Source of the DNA: Octopus sinensis
Lineage: Eukaryota
Assembly (NCBI RefSeq): GCF_006345805.1
Contig: NC_043003.1
Span: 70,122,001 to 70,186,000, forward strand
Reading direction: 5' to 3'
DNA length: 64,000 nucleotides
The notes under the pieces were generated by a model, which had not been told where the DNA came from, did not search any database, and worked only from the letters and a program-made list of their open reading frames with translations. The position numbers and the translations under genes are program-made. Within the stretch, counting starts at the first letter, position 1. Each line of letters opens with the position of its first letter. Shown in pieces: positions 1 to 13,659 of this stretch.

Positions 1-39
1 GTGAAAGAATTGAATAACACGTGCATTTAACTCCATTTA

Positions 40-455
40 TTTATTTATATATGTATATATATATGTATATATATATGTATATATATACATATAGATATAT
101 ATCTATATATATATATATATATATAGATATATATATATATATATATAGATATATAGATATAATATATATATATATATGACATATATATATATATGTATAT
201 ATATATAGATTATATATATATATATAGATATATATATAATATATATATATGTATATAATATATATATGTATAGATATATATATATAATATAGATATATAT
301 ATATAGATATATATATATATATGACATATATATATATATATATATATATATAGATATATTATATATATATAGATTATATATATATATATAGATGTATATA
401 TATATATATGTATAGATATATTATATATATATATATTATATATTATATATATATG

Positions 456-488
<33 letters not shown>

Positions 489-513
489 TATATAGAGATA
501 TATATATATATAT

Positions 514-606
<93 letters not shown>

Positions 607-637
607 TATGGATATATATATATATATATGTATATAA

Positions 638-679
<42 letters not shown>

Positions 680-712
680 ATATATATAGATATATATATA
701 TATAGATATATA

Positions 713-777
<65 letters not shown>

Positions 778-778
778 A

Positions 779-811
<33 letters not shown>

Positions 812-940
812 GTACATATATATATATATATGTACATATATATATATATATATGTACAATATATATATATATATGTACATATATATATATATTCTATATA
901 TATATTATATATATATATGTACATATATATATATATAACT
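40..940. repeat. Long degenerate (TA)n microsatellite
   Basis: About 900 bp of interrupted TA repeats; source of the YI-repeat ORFs. Confidence 0.95.
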
Positions 941-1117
941 AAAAAAATGTATGATAGATTGCAGTCAATTCATTCTCTCTTACCTGTTTGTGCCTTCCAA
1001 ATGCTGTTTTTACTGAGATCTCCCTTTTTAGTAGAAGAAATAGCTATAACCCTTTGACTGCTATTTCTAAATTCGGTATGTGGTAAGGCAACTCGTTGCT
1101 AAACCCTTATTGCTTAG

Positions 1118-1156
<39 letters not shown>

Positions 1157-1499
1157 GTACATATATCATCATCATCATCATCATATATATATATATATAT
1201 ATGTACATATATATATATATATGTACATATATATATATATATAGCATATACAAGGGGGGTTGAATTTGAGCGGATTGTCAGTCAGCACTCCTGCAAATAG
1301 CTGAGTATATAGAAGTGGACAGCTTTCCTTAAAGGAAATCATTCTTACAAACTGAAATTCTTTGTATAATAATATGGAATGGAATTCTTAGTGTTACCAA
1401 AAATTACATCCTTGGACTTTGTGTTTGTGTGTCTATAAATGGCTTACACAAATAAGTGGCATGAAAACAATTATGAAAGGCTGCTGAATGTGGAAATTA

Positions 1500-2330
1500 T
1501 GTGGGGAAGAGAAGATAGTTATACTGGTCCCAAAAGGGACCAGCTATTGTAGTGAACAATTATATGGTCAAAACAGCCATTGAAGATGTGAAGACAAGGA
1601 AAGCAGCAGGTCCATTATGTAAAGTCCCTGAATTGCGGAAGGTATTTGGTTAAGTAGGGCTCATTTGCATAATAAGTCAGGTAATACAGAGATGTGTCTT
1701 ATCAAATGATTGGCATAGCAGTATAATCATGATCTGCTACAAGGGCAAAGAAAATGGTTTGGTAGGAAGCAATTGCCGAAAAATCCGACAGATGGACAAC
1801 ATTATGAAAATAACAGGAAGTGAATTAACACCATTGATTAGGGAAACAATCAGTTTGTATGGGATAAAATTTGTATTTGTGTACCTGGCTGGAGTGCAGC
1901 TGTTACTCTCTTCATAGGAAGAAACTGCAAAATAAATTTTTAGCTGAATGTAAGCCTCTTTACTCAGTATTTGTTGATCTGGAGAAGGCTTTTGATAGGG
2001 TACCTTGATCTGTAGTCTGGATGTCTTTCAAAGAATTAGTTGTAGATAAATGGCTTGTGAGAGATGTGCCAGCCATGTACGGAGCTGCTGTCAGCAAAGT
2101 GAGGGCTGACAGTATGCTCAGTAAGGAATTTAGCATGTAGGTAGATGTTCACCAAGGTTCAGTTCTCAGCCCCTCTTTTTAAAATCCAAGATGATTTTAA
2201 GACTGGCTGTCCATGGGAATTCCTATATGCTAATAACTTATAATAGAATAAATAGAAAACTCAGAGAATAAAATTTCAAATGTGGAAGCATAAGCTGGAA
2301 TTGAAGGGCCTCAGGTAAACTTGGTGAAGA
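1500..2330 (+). mobile_element. Degenerate RTE-clade LINE reverse transcriptase fragment
   Basis: Decayed RT motifs (LEKAFDRVP at ~1978-2005; VHQGSVLSP at ~2147-2175) with stops and frameshifts. Confidence 0.75.
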
Positions 2331-2619
2331 CCAAAAATTTAAAACATAGGAAAGAAGGGACAACTGAAGAAGGGGAATATTCCTTGTGTTGTATGTCTTG
2401 TACTCTGTTTTTTCGTTGTTTGCAAAAATGTTCGTTTCCATGTTTTTGTTTTTATGTTTTCGTTTCTCATTGTGTTCAACATTTTTTTTGGTGTCCTGTA
2501 CTCATACACATGTATATATACATATAGATATAGGTATGTACATATATGTATGTATATATTCATATGTTTATATATTATTTACGTTGTTATATGATCGAAC
2601 GCCATGCATCCATTTCCAA

Positions 2620-2696
<77 letters not shown>

Positions 2697-4045
2697 TGAG
2701 ATAAACATGGGAGATGCATTGTTCTATGCAGAAACTGCTGGGGCTACACTCAAGTATTGCAAGGTTTTCTGAATCTTTTACAATGTCAGAAGCACTTCCA
2801 TATCATCAGTAGGTATCTCAGCATCACAAGTATTTAGCCCCTTATCCTGTATGCTCTGTTTCTCTGTCTCTCTGTCTGTCTCTATCTCTGTCTGTCTCTA
2901 TCTCTGTCTGTCTCTCTCTCTCTCTAGTGGATAGTCAGTTCATAGTACTAAAAGTTTCAAAATGACAGGTACACACGGTAGTTTCTTCAGACTAAGCTAG
3001 TTCATTCAACATGTGAAGTGCTTTGGGCTTAAAGAATTCAGACCCAACTTCCATTTGTGTTATGGATAGTTTGGGGCAAAATACATACGTACATCATTAA
3101 AAATCATATTCTTAGTCTTAAATTTGACAGAGGTGGGATTGCTTGTGTACAAATCAAAACAGAATTACCCCTTCTGATAACATGATCTATTGAATTACAA
3201 TTAAATACCTGCACACTAAATTTTCCCCTGAACTCATTGTTGCCCTTACTTCCCTGATTGCACTTCTGTACATGGCATGTGCAGCCTTTCTTAAGCCATT
3301 GGTCCACTTGTAGCCTTCTCGGGGGTCTCTAGATTACAGATCAGAGACCATGTTAAAAGCCTGCTTGGAGGTTGACAAATGCCAAGTATAGAGGTTTATT
3401 TGAAGCTAACTCTCACTAGTTGTTTCACTAGGAATTGATGGTTCAGGTTTCTCTTCCCGGCACAAAGCTGAACTGGATCTCGTCCAGACTAATTTTGATC
3501 CTAACTAATTTTGCAATAACTCTTTATATCATCATCATCATCATTTACGTCTGTTTTCCATGCTGGCATGAATTAGAGGGTTTGACAGGAGCTGGCAAAC
3601 TGGAAAGCTGCACTATGCTCCAGTTGTCTGTTTTGGTAAGGTTTCCAATGCAAACCACTTTATAGAGTATACTGGGTGCCTTTTACATGGCACCAACACA
3701 GGCGCTCTTTTATGTGGCACCAGCATAAGTGCTTTTTAATGTGACACCAGCACAGGTGCTTTCTATGTGACTCCAGCATGGGTACTTTTTATGTGGTACC
3801 AACACTTTCGTAATTTGATTCCTCTTTAGTGCATCTTCTTTGCCCATATAGCATTTGTCTACTATCAGTCATTTCTCTGCTCCCTGGTTGATTATTTGGG
3901 TGACTAGTATGTGCCATACTTCATAAAATGTCTTAAATATCTCAAGGACAATCTTTAATGGATCTGCTGTTTTCATATCTTTAACTGTTCTTCATGTACA
4001 TTATTTACATTTGATGGATATTTGTCCTCATCTTGTTTGTTGTTA

Positions 4046-4089
4046 ACACAATGTTTCGGCTGATATACTCTCCAGCCTTCATCAGGTGT
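4046..4089 (-). ncRNA. Hammerhead motif, antisense copy (stem III CG changed to CA)
   Basis: Minus strand reads ACAC-CTGATGA-A-GGCTG..CAGCC-GAAA-CA-TT-GTGT. Confidence 0.65.
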
Positions 4090-4158
4090 CTTGGGGAAAT
4101 TTCAAACCTGGGTCTTATTCCTAAGGTATTTTTCAATGTTATCCAGGCAGTGACCTGC

Positions 4159-4191
<33 letters not shown>

Positions 4192-4263
4192 TAATAATAA
4201 TAATAATAATAACATCGAAAAAATACCTTAGGAATGAGAACCCAGGTTTGAAATTTCCCCAAG

Positions 4264-4307
4264 ACACCTGATGAAGGCTGGAGGGTATATCAGCTGAAAC
4301 GTTGTGT
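4264..4307 (+). ncRNA. Minimal type I hammerhead ribozyme motif (dimer-type)
   Basis: ACAC-CTGATGA-A-GGCTG(10-nt loop)CAGCT-GAAA-CG-TT-GTGT: core, stem I, stem II and palindromic AACGTT stem III. Confidence 0.75.
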
Positions 4308-6039
4308 TAACAACAAGCAAGATGAAGACAAATATCCGTCAAATGTAAATAATGTACATAAATTCTCATCTCTTAAATATAGAACTGATTTAACTGTTCT
4401 GTCTGTCACTCTACACTGCGGTCAAGTTGGATGGCAGGTCCTTGTTGGGTCTACTTGGAGTAGATTCTCTGCCTTGCATTTTCCTTATTCAATAACCTTT
4501 CATAATAGCGCTTTCATGCTTCTTTCTTTCTAGCAACAGTAAAGTCAAGTGAACTGCTATTGTTCTGAATACACTTCTCTCCTATGGCACCTCAAATTCT
4601 TGTTATTCAAAGCAACTCTTGCTCCTGACCTTGATGTTGCAAATCATGTACAAATCTTATTTTCACTTCTCTAGCTAAGTATATCTTGTGCTTAGCTTTT
4701 CTTCTAGCCAGCTTCCAATCTTTCCAAGCCTATCTATGTCTATCTACCATGTCATTCCACTACTGCATCATCTTTGATTTGACTGGAATTTTGTACTGGT
4801 CACAGATATGATTTTTATCTTTCAAAACAGTTGTCCCATAGAATCTGCCAGTTGCCCTTAATGTTCTAAGTCTCTATCATTTTTCTCCTACTGTCAAGAG
4901 CATCCATTAGAAATTCTCTGACTCTGCAAGTAATTGAGGGCTCATTTAGCTTCCATGTGTTCTTGTTTTTCTAGATTGTCTTTTTGTTTCTAGGTCCATC
5001 TAGTTCTTAACTTGAAGACTAGTCACTAATTTATGTTGTGTTGTGTATTCTTCATTAAGAAAAATGCATTTTCTATCTCTCCCATTTCCTGATGAAAATA
5101 AAGTTTATTTGTTTGATTGATAGGGGATCTGTTGCCCTGCTGATTTCCCAAAGTTTGTGTTGTAAATGATTAATTTTGTCTCACAAAACACTAAGGGCCT
5201 TGGTCCCTCCTTTTCTTTCATACTATAACCCTTACCTCCATGTATACCACTGAAACCCTTGTACTTTTGCTCAACATTCCATTTAAATTGCCAGCCATAA
5301 TAATGAAGTGACTATTAACTTACCTATTTCTCAGCTAGTTGTATGTCTACTTCACCTACCCCAATGCTGTTACCTTCCCAGAAGGGTTTGCTTGAGGATC
5401 CCTTCCATTTTATCTCTTGCACACAACAGCATATATCACTCCTCTCCAGCATCTTCATAATCTCTTCAGATTCACCTTTCATCATGCCTATGTTGATGGT
5501 GGTAGACCTAGAATTTTTGATATGAGAGGAGGTGGGGAGTGGAATGTCCTGTGGTGGTTTGGTTGGTTGCTGTTGATGAATCTGTCGGAAATAAGGAAGT
5601 TTGTGCTTTTTTTCTTTTCTCATGATCAGAAAGTTCTCATGCATGGTTTTGTATTTTATCTTTTGATTTGTTCGCTACTATTCACTCACTGATCAATAAT
5701 TTACCTTAAATAGTTATCATTCTTCTTTTTCTTCTTATTATTAAGGCAGCGAGTTGGCAGAATCATCAACATGCAGGATGAAGTGCTTAGCAGTATTTCG
5801 TCTGACTCCATGTTCTGAGTTCAAATTCCGCCAAGGTTGACTTTACTTTTCATCCTTTCAGTGTCAATAAATTTAGTACCAACCAAACTCTGAGGTTGAT
5901 GTAATCAACTTGGCCCCTCCCCACAAATTTCTGGCTTTGTGCCTATAGTAGAAAGGATTATTATTATTTCTATTATTAAGAAAGAAATCACTATTATTAT
6001 TATTTTGTAGTCTTCTTTTTATTACGTGCTTTTTGACTG

Positions 6040-6570
6040 CTCTTTTGAAACATAGATCTGTGGGCCTTGGGTGTGTGTTGTGGTTTCTTTTGGTGTTGTT
6101 ATTTTTACTGGATTGAAAATGTTCTATGTAAGACGTGAGGAACCTAGCAGTGCTATTTTCTGTATGTTATGTATATATTTGTATGTCCTGGTGTTTTGGT
6201 TATGTATTTGTCTGCATATTTTTTTACTGTACCTAAAGCACCTATTATGATAGGATTTATTTCTGTTTTCAGGTCCCACATTCTGGTTATTTCTGTTTCC
6301 AGATCTTTGTGTTTTGATAGTTTTTTTCCATTTCTGTTAGAAATATATTATCCTCTATTGGAAATATGTTGATTAGGGGAGACCTTTTTTCCTTAATGGT
6401 CCTTGAGAACAATATCTGGTTGATTAGCTTTGATCTTCCTAACTGCGTGTATTGGCACATGGTTGCATTGTCATTTTTGGAGACCTTTCTGGAGCATTCT
6501 TATACCACTTCTTGCACACAACAGCACTGTTCAGTTTTTCAGAGTTTTGTTATTCTAACAGGTTCAACCT
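6040..6570 (-). mobile_element. R4/Dong-clade LINE 3' fragment (restriction-like endonuclease)
   Basis: Minus-strand NQPDIVLKD and PIIIGALGTVKK motifs. Confidence 0.65.
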
Positions 6571-6774
6571 TATGATCAGCTCAGATATCTGTAAATATAA
6601 GTGCTTCAAATGTTAAAAACTTCTGATTTTCCTGAGAGTAAATCTATTACACCTTTTCTCTTTTTTTTCTTTCTATTTTTGTACCATATATATCTATAGG
6701 TGGAGGCACAATGGCCCAGTGGTTAGTGCTATCCTCTCACTCAAATAAATACATACATACACATACCCCTATCG

Positions 6775-6816
<42 letters not shown>

Positions 6817-7991
6817 ACACACACACACACACACATATATAGTTTCCATTTACGATATCCACTCACAAGGCTTTGTTCAGACCATGGGGCTGTCGTGGAA
6901 GATACTTGCCAAAAGTGTTGTGCAGTGGAACTAAACCCATGACTACATGATTGAGAAGCAAGCTTTTTAACCAGACACCCACATCTGCATGTATAATTAG
7001 ATAAAAATTTGCCAAGTACAAATTTCCGGATTTGTAATTTGAATAAAAGAAATTACTAAGTCCTTTTGACTAAGCTTAAGTTTTGCTCTCCATTAATAAA
7101 ATAGCACAAAACAAATAACAACAAAAATGGCCTGATTAACTGACTTTGTTTTCATTATACTTTTCATGGATAAAATTGTTTGTCTTTTAATTTCATCAAC
7201 AAAACTTAATAATGAGCAGGTGTTTTTCACTGAAAAATGTTCATTTTATGTAAATTAACATTTGTTGAAGAAATAATTTATGGAAAATGCTAAAATTTTC
7301 CATTTAATCATGTATATTTTATATAAAAGGAAGCCATTGAGTTTGTTGGTAAAACTTAAGAGGGTTAAACCATAGTTTATATAAAGGTGTCAGCATTTCT
7401 TTCCTTTTTTTTTCATTTGTTTTAGTCTTTTGACTGTGGCCATACTGGGGCACAACCCTGAAGGGCTTAATTGAAGAAATTGACCCCAGGACTTGTTTTT
7501 TAAAGTTTGGTACCTTTTCTATCAGCCTCTTTATTTCTTTAATTTTTTTCTTGTTTCAGTCATTTGAGTGAGGCCATGCTGGGGCACTGCTTTGAAGAAT
7601 TTTTAGTCGAATGAATTGACTCCAGTACTTTTTTATTAAAGCTTAGTGCTTATTCTTATTGCATTCTTTTGCTAAACCACTAAGTTACTGGGATGTAAAC
7701 ACACCAACACCGGTTGTCAAGTAGTGGTGGGGAACAAACACACATGCAAAGACACATGTACACAGATATATATATATATATCGCACTTCGTTGATTTAAG
7801 GTGTATTATTTAGTATAGTAATTATTAGTACAATATTAATAATATATTTAAATTTATATTTTATTGTAGATAATATCTTTCACTATTAATTGAATTACTT
7901 TAATGGAGGTTCTGTCTCTTAATTCTCTCTCTCTCTATATATATATCTATATATAAAAAAGTTGAGTTGTGGGGTATCGCACGAGTGGGAT

Positions 7992-9446
7992 TATGTATGA
8001 AAAAAGGTTTGAAAATGCAATTTAAACGATGTTTATTTACTTAACCGGTTTCACTCTTTGGTAAAAGATTGTCAAAAGAAACTTTGAATATTATTTGCAT
8101 GCGCATTGTGTATATGTATATTGTATGTATGTGTACTGTATATGTATGTGTACAATTAAGTGTATATATGTGTGTATGTGTGCATTGTATATGTATATTG
8201 TAAGTGTGCTATATATACATGAATACATGTATATACGTTGCGTGTATATATATGTATGCATTGTGTATGTATGCTATGTGTGGTGTGTCTATATATATTA
8301 TATGTATGCGTACGTGTATGTGTATGCATTGTATGTATGTATATTGTGTGTATATGTGGTATATCTATGTATGTGTATGTAAACACTATTTATATGTATG
8401 TATGTATATATGTATATGCATTGTCTATATATATATATATTATATGTATGTATTGCGTATGTATATTGCATACATATATTGTGTATGTGTATTATATACA
8501 TGCTGTGTATGTGTATTGTATGTGTATATATATGCTAGGTGTATTTGTGTGATATTTATATTATGTATATATGTGTGCGTGTGTTGTGTGTGTGTGTGTG
8601 TGTGTATGTGCTATATATGTGTGTATATTATATATAAATACATGTTATATTTGTGTGCTGTGTGTATATATTATATATGTGGGTGCGTTGTGTGTGTGTG
8701 TGTTCTGTGTGTGTGTGTTGTGTGTATGTGGTGTGTGTGTGTATACTATGTGTGTGTGTGTATTGTTGTTGTGTGTGTGTGTATATATGTGTGTGACAAA
8801 CAGACGCTGTCTGACCAGCAGGCACACGGACACATCTATTCACACCCGCATACTCACCTCCCAATAACCCCAAAATCACTGATGTGCTTGAAGGGGAAGT
8901 ATAAACCAAACCGGGTACATATCTTTTTTTCTCTCAATCCAACTTTTCTGCTAAAACAACAGGTCAGTAAAAAACAAATTCTCGCCTTCGATTCAAAAAT
9001 TCTGAGATGTCTAAAATATCATTTTAATTTTCTCTGTCAATATTACAAGCTTTCTCACCAAACTATTACACTTCCTTATGTCTTTAACATGTCCTTTCTA
9101 CCAAAGACTGTATATATATACATGTAATGTGACAATTGGCGACAACCAATAATTAACGCAACCAAATTTCCAATAATATATTTATTTTATTCTTTTCTGC
9201 CAATTTTTCCAAATATTCTCATCATACTATTGAACTTTTTTATACTATGTTTATACATGTAATGTGACAATTATGTATAAAAAAACATTTTTGAATTCAT
9301 AATATTCAATGTGACAATTATGTAAAAAACTTTTTTTGAACCCATAATATTCAAAGTTTCTTTTGACAATCTTTTACCAAAGAGTGAAACCGGTTAAGTA
9401 AATAAACATCGTTTAAATTGCATTTTCAAACCTTTTTTCATACATA
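7992..9446. repeat. Perfect 103-bp inverted repeat (7992-8094 / 9344-9446), probably inverted Penelope-like terminal repeats
   Basis: The arms are exact reverse complements by manual comparison. Each contains TTGACAA...GAAACCGGTT, and they enclose a degenerate TG/TA microsatellite. Confidence 0.85.
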
Positions 9447-10334
9447 TATATCTATATATATATATATATATTTGGCACTAGGAAAGGCATCCAGTGATAG
9501 AAACCATGCCAAATCAGATTGGAACCTGGTGTAACTGTCTAGCTTACCAGTTCCAGTCAAACTGTCTAACCCATGCCAGCATGGAAAGCTGATGATGATG
9601 ACGATGACGATATATATATATGTGATGGTTGTCTCAGTTTTCCTTTAAAAAAATCTACTCACAAAGCTTTGATTTGGCTGAAGCTTAATTGAAAATACTT
9701 GCCCAAGGTGCTACACAGTTTAACTGAACCTGGAACCATGTGGTTGGGAAGCAAGCTTCTTACTACACAGCCACACCTGCACCTCTGTTTCCTTAAAATA
9801 TATAAACGTTATACCTGTTTAAGAAATCACAATCCAGTGTTGGTAGAAAGTGCACACAACTGTCAGTATTTAATTTTGTCTATCTTCTTGATTCAAATCT
9901 CAGCAAAGTCAAATCCACTTTTTATTCCACCAGGATTAATGAAATAAATACCACCATACCTTAGATTCAATTCAACTATCAGCACTTCCTTACAGAAAAA
10001 ATATCCATGGACTTATGTTAAACGTTATAAATCAAATTTATTAAGATTGTTTCATGAGCAACACTATTATCAAAATGATAAATGTATTAATGTTACAATT
10101 TCCCTTAAATCTCTGGGGCTTAAATGCTCCTGCAAGAAATCAATAATTATTAGGCCTGTTCCCTATGCCTCACCATTACCAGAGTGACAAGACTCTTTTG
10201 TTGATGGCTAGACAATACCAAGCATCAACATTCATGTATTCATGTTGCATACATATGTGTAATCATGCATGTATGTGCATGCGTCAGTAAAGAATCTTTG
10301 GAATGTCTTAATATTCCATGTACCCCTCATTGAT

Positions 10335-10443
10335 TAATCTGTTGGCTGTGATTCAATCCTTGTTGATTCCTCTCCTTCATTTTTTTTATATTTCTTATAT
10401 TTTATTTTGGCATTTTTTTTCCCCCTCTTACAGAGAAACCCAA
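10335..10443 (-). CDS. Candidate terminal exon of gene B (x-GFLCKRGKKNAKIKYKKYKKNEGEESTRIESQPTD*)
   Basis: Strong minus-strand acceptor ATTTCTCTATTTCACAG| (intron ends 10444). The phase-1 frame is open for 35 codons to TAA. Frame and linkage to the 26-kb exon are unproven. Confidence 0.3.
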
Positions 10444-10720
10444 CTGTGAAATAGAGAAATGGCTACTACTAAGATTAAATAGAATAAGATTTAGAAGAAT
10501 TTAAAAAATAAATTAAAATCCCTGGAAATTCCTTTATTTGGTTTCAGTCATTTGACTGCTGCCATGCTGGAGCACTGCCTTTAATCAAACAAATCTACCC
10601 CAGGACTTATTCTTTGTAAGCCTAGTACTTATTCTATCAGTCTCTTTTGCCGAACCGCTAAGTTACAGGGACGTAAACATACCAACATCAGTGGGGGAAC
10701 AAATACAGACACACAAACAT

Positions 10721-10756
<36 letters not shown>

Positions 10757-11179
10757 GACAGGATCTTTAAGTTTCTGCCTACCAAATCCACTCACAAGGC
10801 ACTGGCTGGCCCGAGACTATAGTAGAGGACACTTGCCCAAGGTGTCACACAGTGGGACTGAACTTGGAACTATGTGGTTGGTAAGCAAGCTACTTACCAC
10901 ACAGCCATGCCTGCATCTATTTAATGTTTGATATTCTTCACTGCAGTGTGAAGAGAATGGCAAAAGACACTTAACAATATTTTAATTGGTTTACAGTTTA
11001 CCTTGAGAAGAAAAAGACAACTTTAGCATTCGAAATCTTTTAATTGTTTCAGTCATTAGACTGTGGCCATGCTGGGGCACTGCCTTGAAGGGTTTTAGTC
11101 GAACAAATTGATTCTAATTACTATTTTGTAAGTGTAGCGCTTATTCTATCAGTCTTTTTTGATCAACTTTCATTCTTAA

Positions 11180-11180
11180 A

Positions 11181-11224
<44 letters not shown>

Positions 11225-11318
11225 CGCATATCTATCTACCCATCTATCCACCTATTTACCTATCTATCTGTCTGTCTGTGTATCTGTCTGTCTGTTTGTC
11301 TGTCTGTCTATCTCTCTG

Positions 11319-11371
<53 letters not shown>

Positions 11372-11422
11372 GTATCTATATATCTGTTTGTTTATCTATC
11401 TGTCTGTCTGTCTGTCTATCTG

Positions 11423-11460
<38 letters not shown>

Positions 11461-11560
11461 ATCTAGCTATCTATCGATCTATGTATCTATATATCTGTTT
11501 GTCTATCTATCTATCTATCTATCTGTCTGTCTGTCTATCTATCAATCTATCTATCTATCA

Positions 11561-11619
<59 letters not shown>

Positions 11620-11655
11620 AATTGATCTGTCTGTCTGTGTGTGTGTGTGTGTGTA
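11180..11655. repeat. (TG)n-(TATC/TGTC)n compound microsatellite (similar array at 51765-52170)
   Basis: Direct inspection. Confidence 0.95.
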
Positions 11656-13093
11656 TATATACATATTTGTATACCTTATAGATATGTGTATGTATGTGGG
11701 TGTGTGCATCTGTATATCCAGCTGTTTTACAAACAGTGTTGGTTTGTTTACATCCCCCAAAGCTTAGCAGTCCAGTATAAGAGACTGGCAAAATACATAC
11801 CAAACTTTTAAAAATAAGTAATCTACAGATTGGCAGAATCTTAAGAGGACAAAATACCTTGCAGTACTCCCTTCAGTTTTTACATTCTGGGCTCAAATCT
11901 CAGTGAAAGAAACATTACTCATTGGGAGTCAATGAAATAAAGTACTAGACAAGTACTGAGATCAATATTTATTGATTAACAATCATCCCCAAAATTTCAG
12001 GCCTTGTAACTATGTTAGAAACAATTATTCTGGCAATGTGGTGGAGGCTAAGTTTCACTGAAGAGGTCTAATAAAATTGAAACATACCCAGAGTTATCTC
12101 TACTTGCTGATAATGTTAAAATGATATTACTTCTTGGTGCAGGGATGGCTGTGTGGTTAGGAAGCTTGCTTTCTAGCCATGTGGTTTTGGATTCAGTTTT
12201 CTGCATAGCACTCGGGTAAACATCTTCTGCTTTAGCCTTTGGCTAACCAAAGATTTGCAAGTGAACTTGGTAAGCAAAACCTGAAAAAAAACCCATCATG
12301 TGTGTGTGTTCTTCTATTCTTTTATTTGTTTCAGTTGTTTGACTGCGGTCATGCTGGAGCACTGCCTTTAGTCGAATAAATCGATCCCAGGACATATTCT
12401 TTGTAAGTCTAGTACTTATTCTATTAGTTCCTTTTGCCGAACTGCTAAGTTACGGGAACGTAAATGCACCAACATCGGTTGTCAAGCGATGATGGGGGGG
12501 ACAAACACACACACACAAACATATACATACATACATACATACATACATAAATACATAATCAAAATAAGCAAAAGGATATCATGGGATATTGAGTTATATG
12601 GTGAATTAAATTGCATTGCATATGTTATAAGCTATATGTTATGGTATGTGGTGTGCTGTATATAATTACTATCTCATGAAAACTCCTGCCGAGTTAGTCT
12701 GACTTCATCATATTTTTGGTGATTAAACAATTTTTTTCCTTTGTATGATGTTCTACCCTACTGATTATATTATGTGTATTTGTAATGGCTTTTATGTAAG
12801 TAATTCTCCTAATTATATACCCCCTAGAAACTATAAAATCATATATGCAATAATATCTGTAACATTGCAACTTATAAAATCTCTTTGGTCTGAATACCTC
12901 TAAATGCCCTCACTATGCCCATACCTACTACCTCCTCTTTTCAGGTTACCTTTATTTCTTCCCTACCTCAATTTTAATACCCTGTCTCTTTAAATGTTGG
13001 TTATATATATTTCTTATTATTTTCTATAAATTCTTCTTATTTTTTTTTTACTTTGATATCCTTACCTATTAACCTCTTATCTCTATATCTCTA

Positions 13094-13457
13094 TCTCTCT
13101 ATATATAAACGTTAAAATGTCTGTGTGTGTGTCCTTTATACAAATCCACAATTTTTCAGTTAGAGGGCTCGCACTTTCTATGGTCATTTAAAACTGTCCA
13201 AGGGTGATTGTGCACATTTTTACATTTCCCCAGTCACCCTGCAAAGCCATTAAAAAATCAATAGGAGTGACTTTTTTGTGAATTTTCTATCCAAAACCCA
13301 ATCAAAATGCCTGAAACTTGATATGCCAATTGAATGCCAGCTAGCTGTATGTGATTGGTCGGAGATTTGGATAGTACTCGCGTGTATGTGCGCACACACG
13401 CAGCTGTATATGCATGCACTAGCACTATGACCTGACGTTGCCGGGTCATGGTGCTAG
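13094..13457 (+). mobile_element. Non-autonomous Helitron
   Basis: 5' TC(TC)TATATATAAA start, subterminal hairpin ATGACC..GGTCAT, and 3' CTAG followed by T. Confidence 0.75.
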
Positions 13458-13659
13458 TCCATTATAAGTTGTTACTGTTCATCAATAGAGATTTTTCAGC
13501 TACTTAGGTCTTTGCGAGATGGTTATTACTATATCCATATAAACGTATAAATATTTATATATGTATATATGTGCATATATGTGCATAACCTATTAACTTC
13601 TTATACCTTATAAATTGATATCTTTCTTGTTCATAAATACATACTTTTTAGTTACTTAA

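Larger units (their letters stand above)
3992..4388. mobile_element. Palindromic hammerhead-bearing non-autonomous retroelement (Penelope-type, inverted 5' copy) with 12-bp TSD
   Basis: Inverted arms 3994-4142 and 4209-4359 around an (AAT)n spacer. Direct repeat TTTAACTGTTCT at 3980-3991 and 4389-4400. Interrupts an RTE fragment. Confidence 0.8.
3100..5640 (-). mobile_element. Degenerate RTE-clade LINE (APE through RT N-terminus) with nested insertions
   Basis: Track ORF 5324..5644 shows APE-like TINIGMMKG..MLERSDICCCVQEIKWKG. The minus strand at 3360-3520 gives QFSFVPGR..KPLYLAFVNL. Confidence 0.75.

Noticed and set aside
103-1057. Long YI/IY-repeat ORFs, and similar CV, HT and LSIY ORFs across the window
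   Set aside because: Translations of (TA)n, (TG)n, (CA)n and (TATC)n microsatellites, which lack stops by composition.
10404-10443. Phase-0 reading LGFSVRGGKKMPK* resembles a PDZ GLGF loop
   Set aside because: It stops after 13 codons with no rest of a PDZ fold; probably coincidental.
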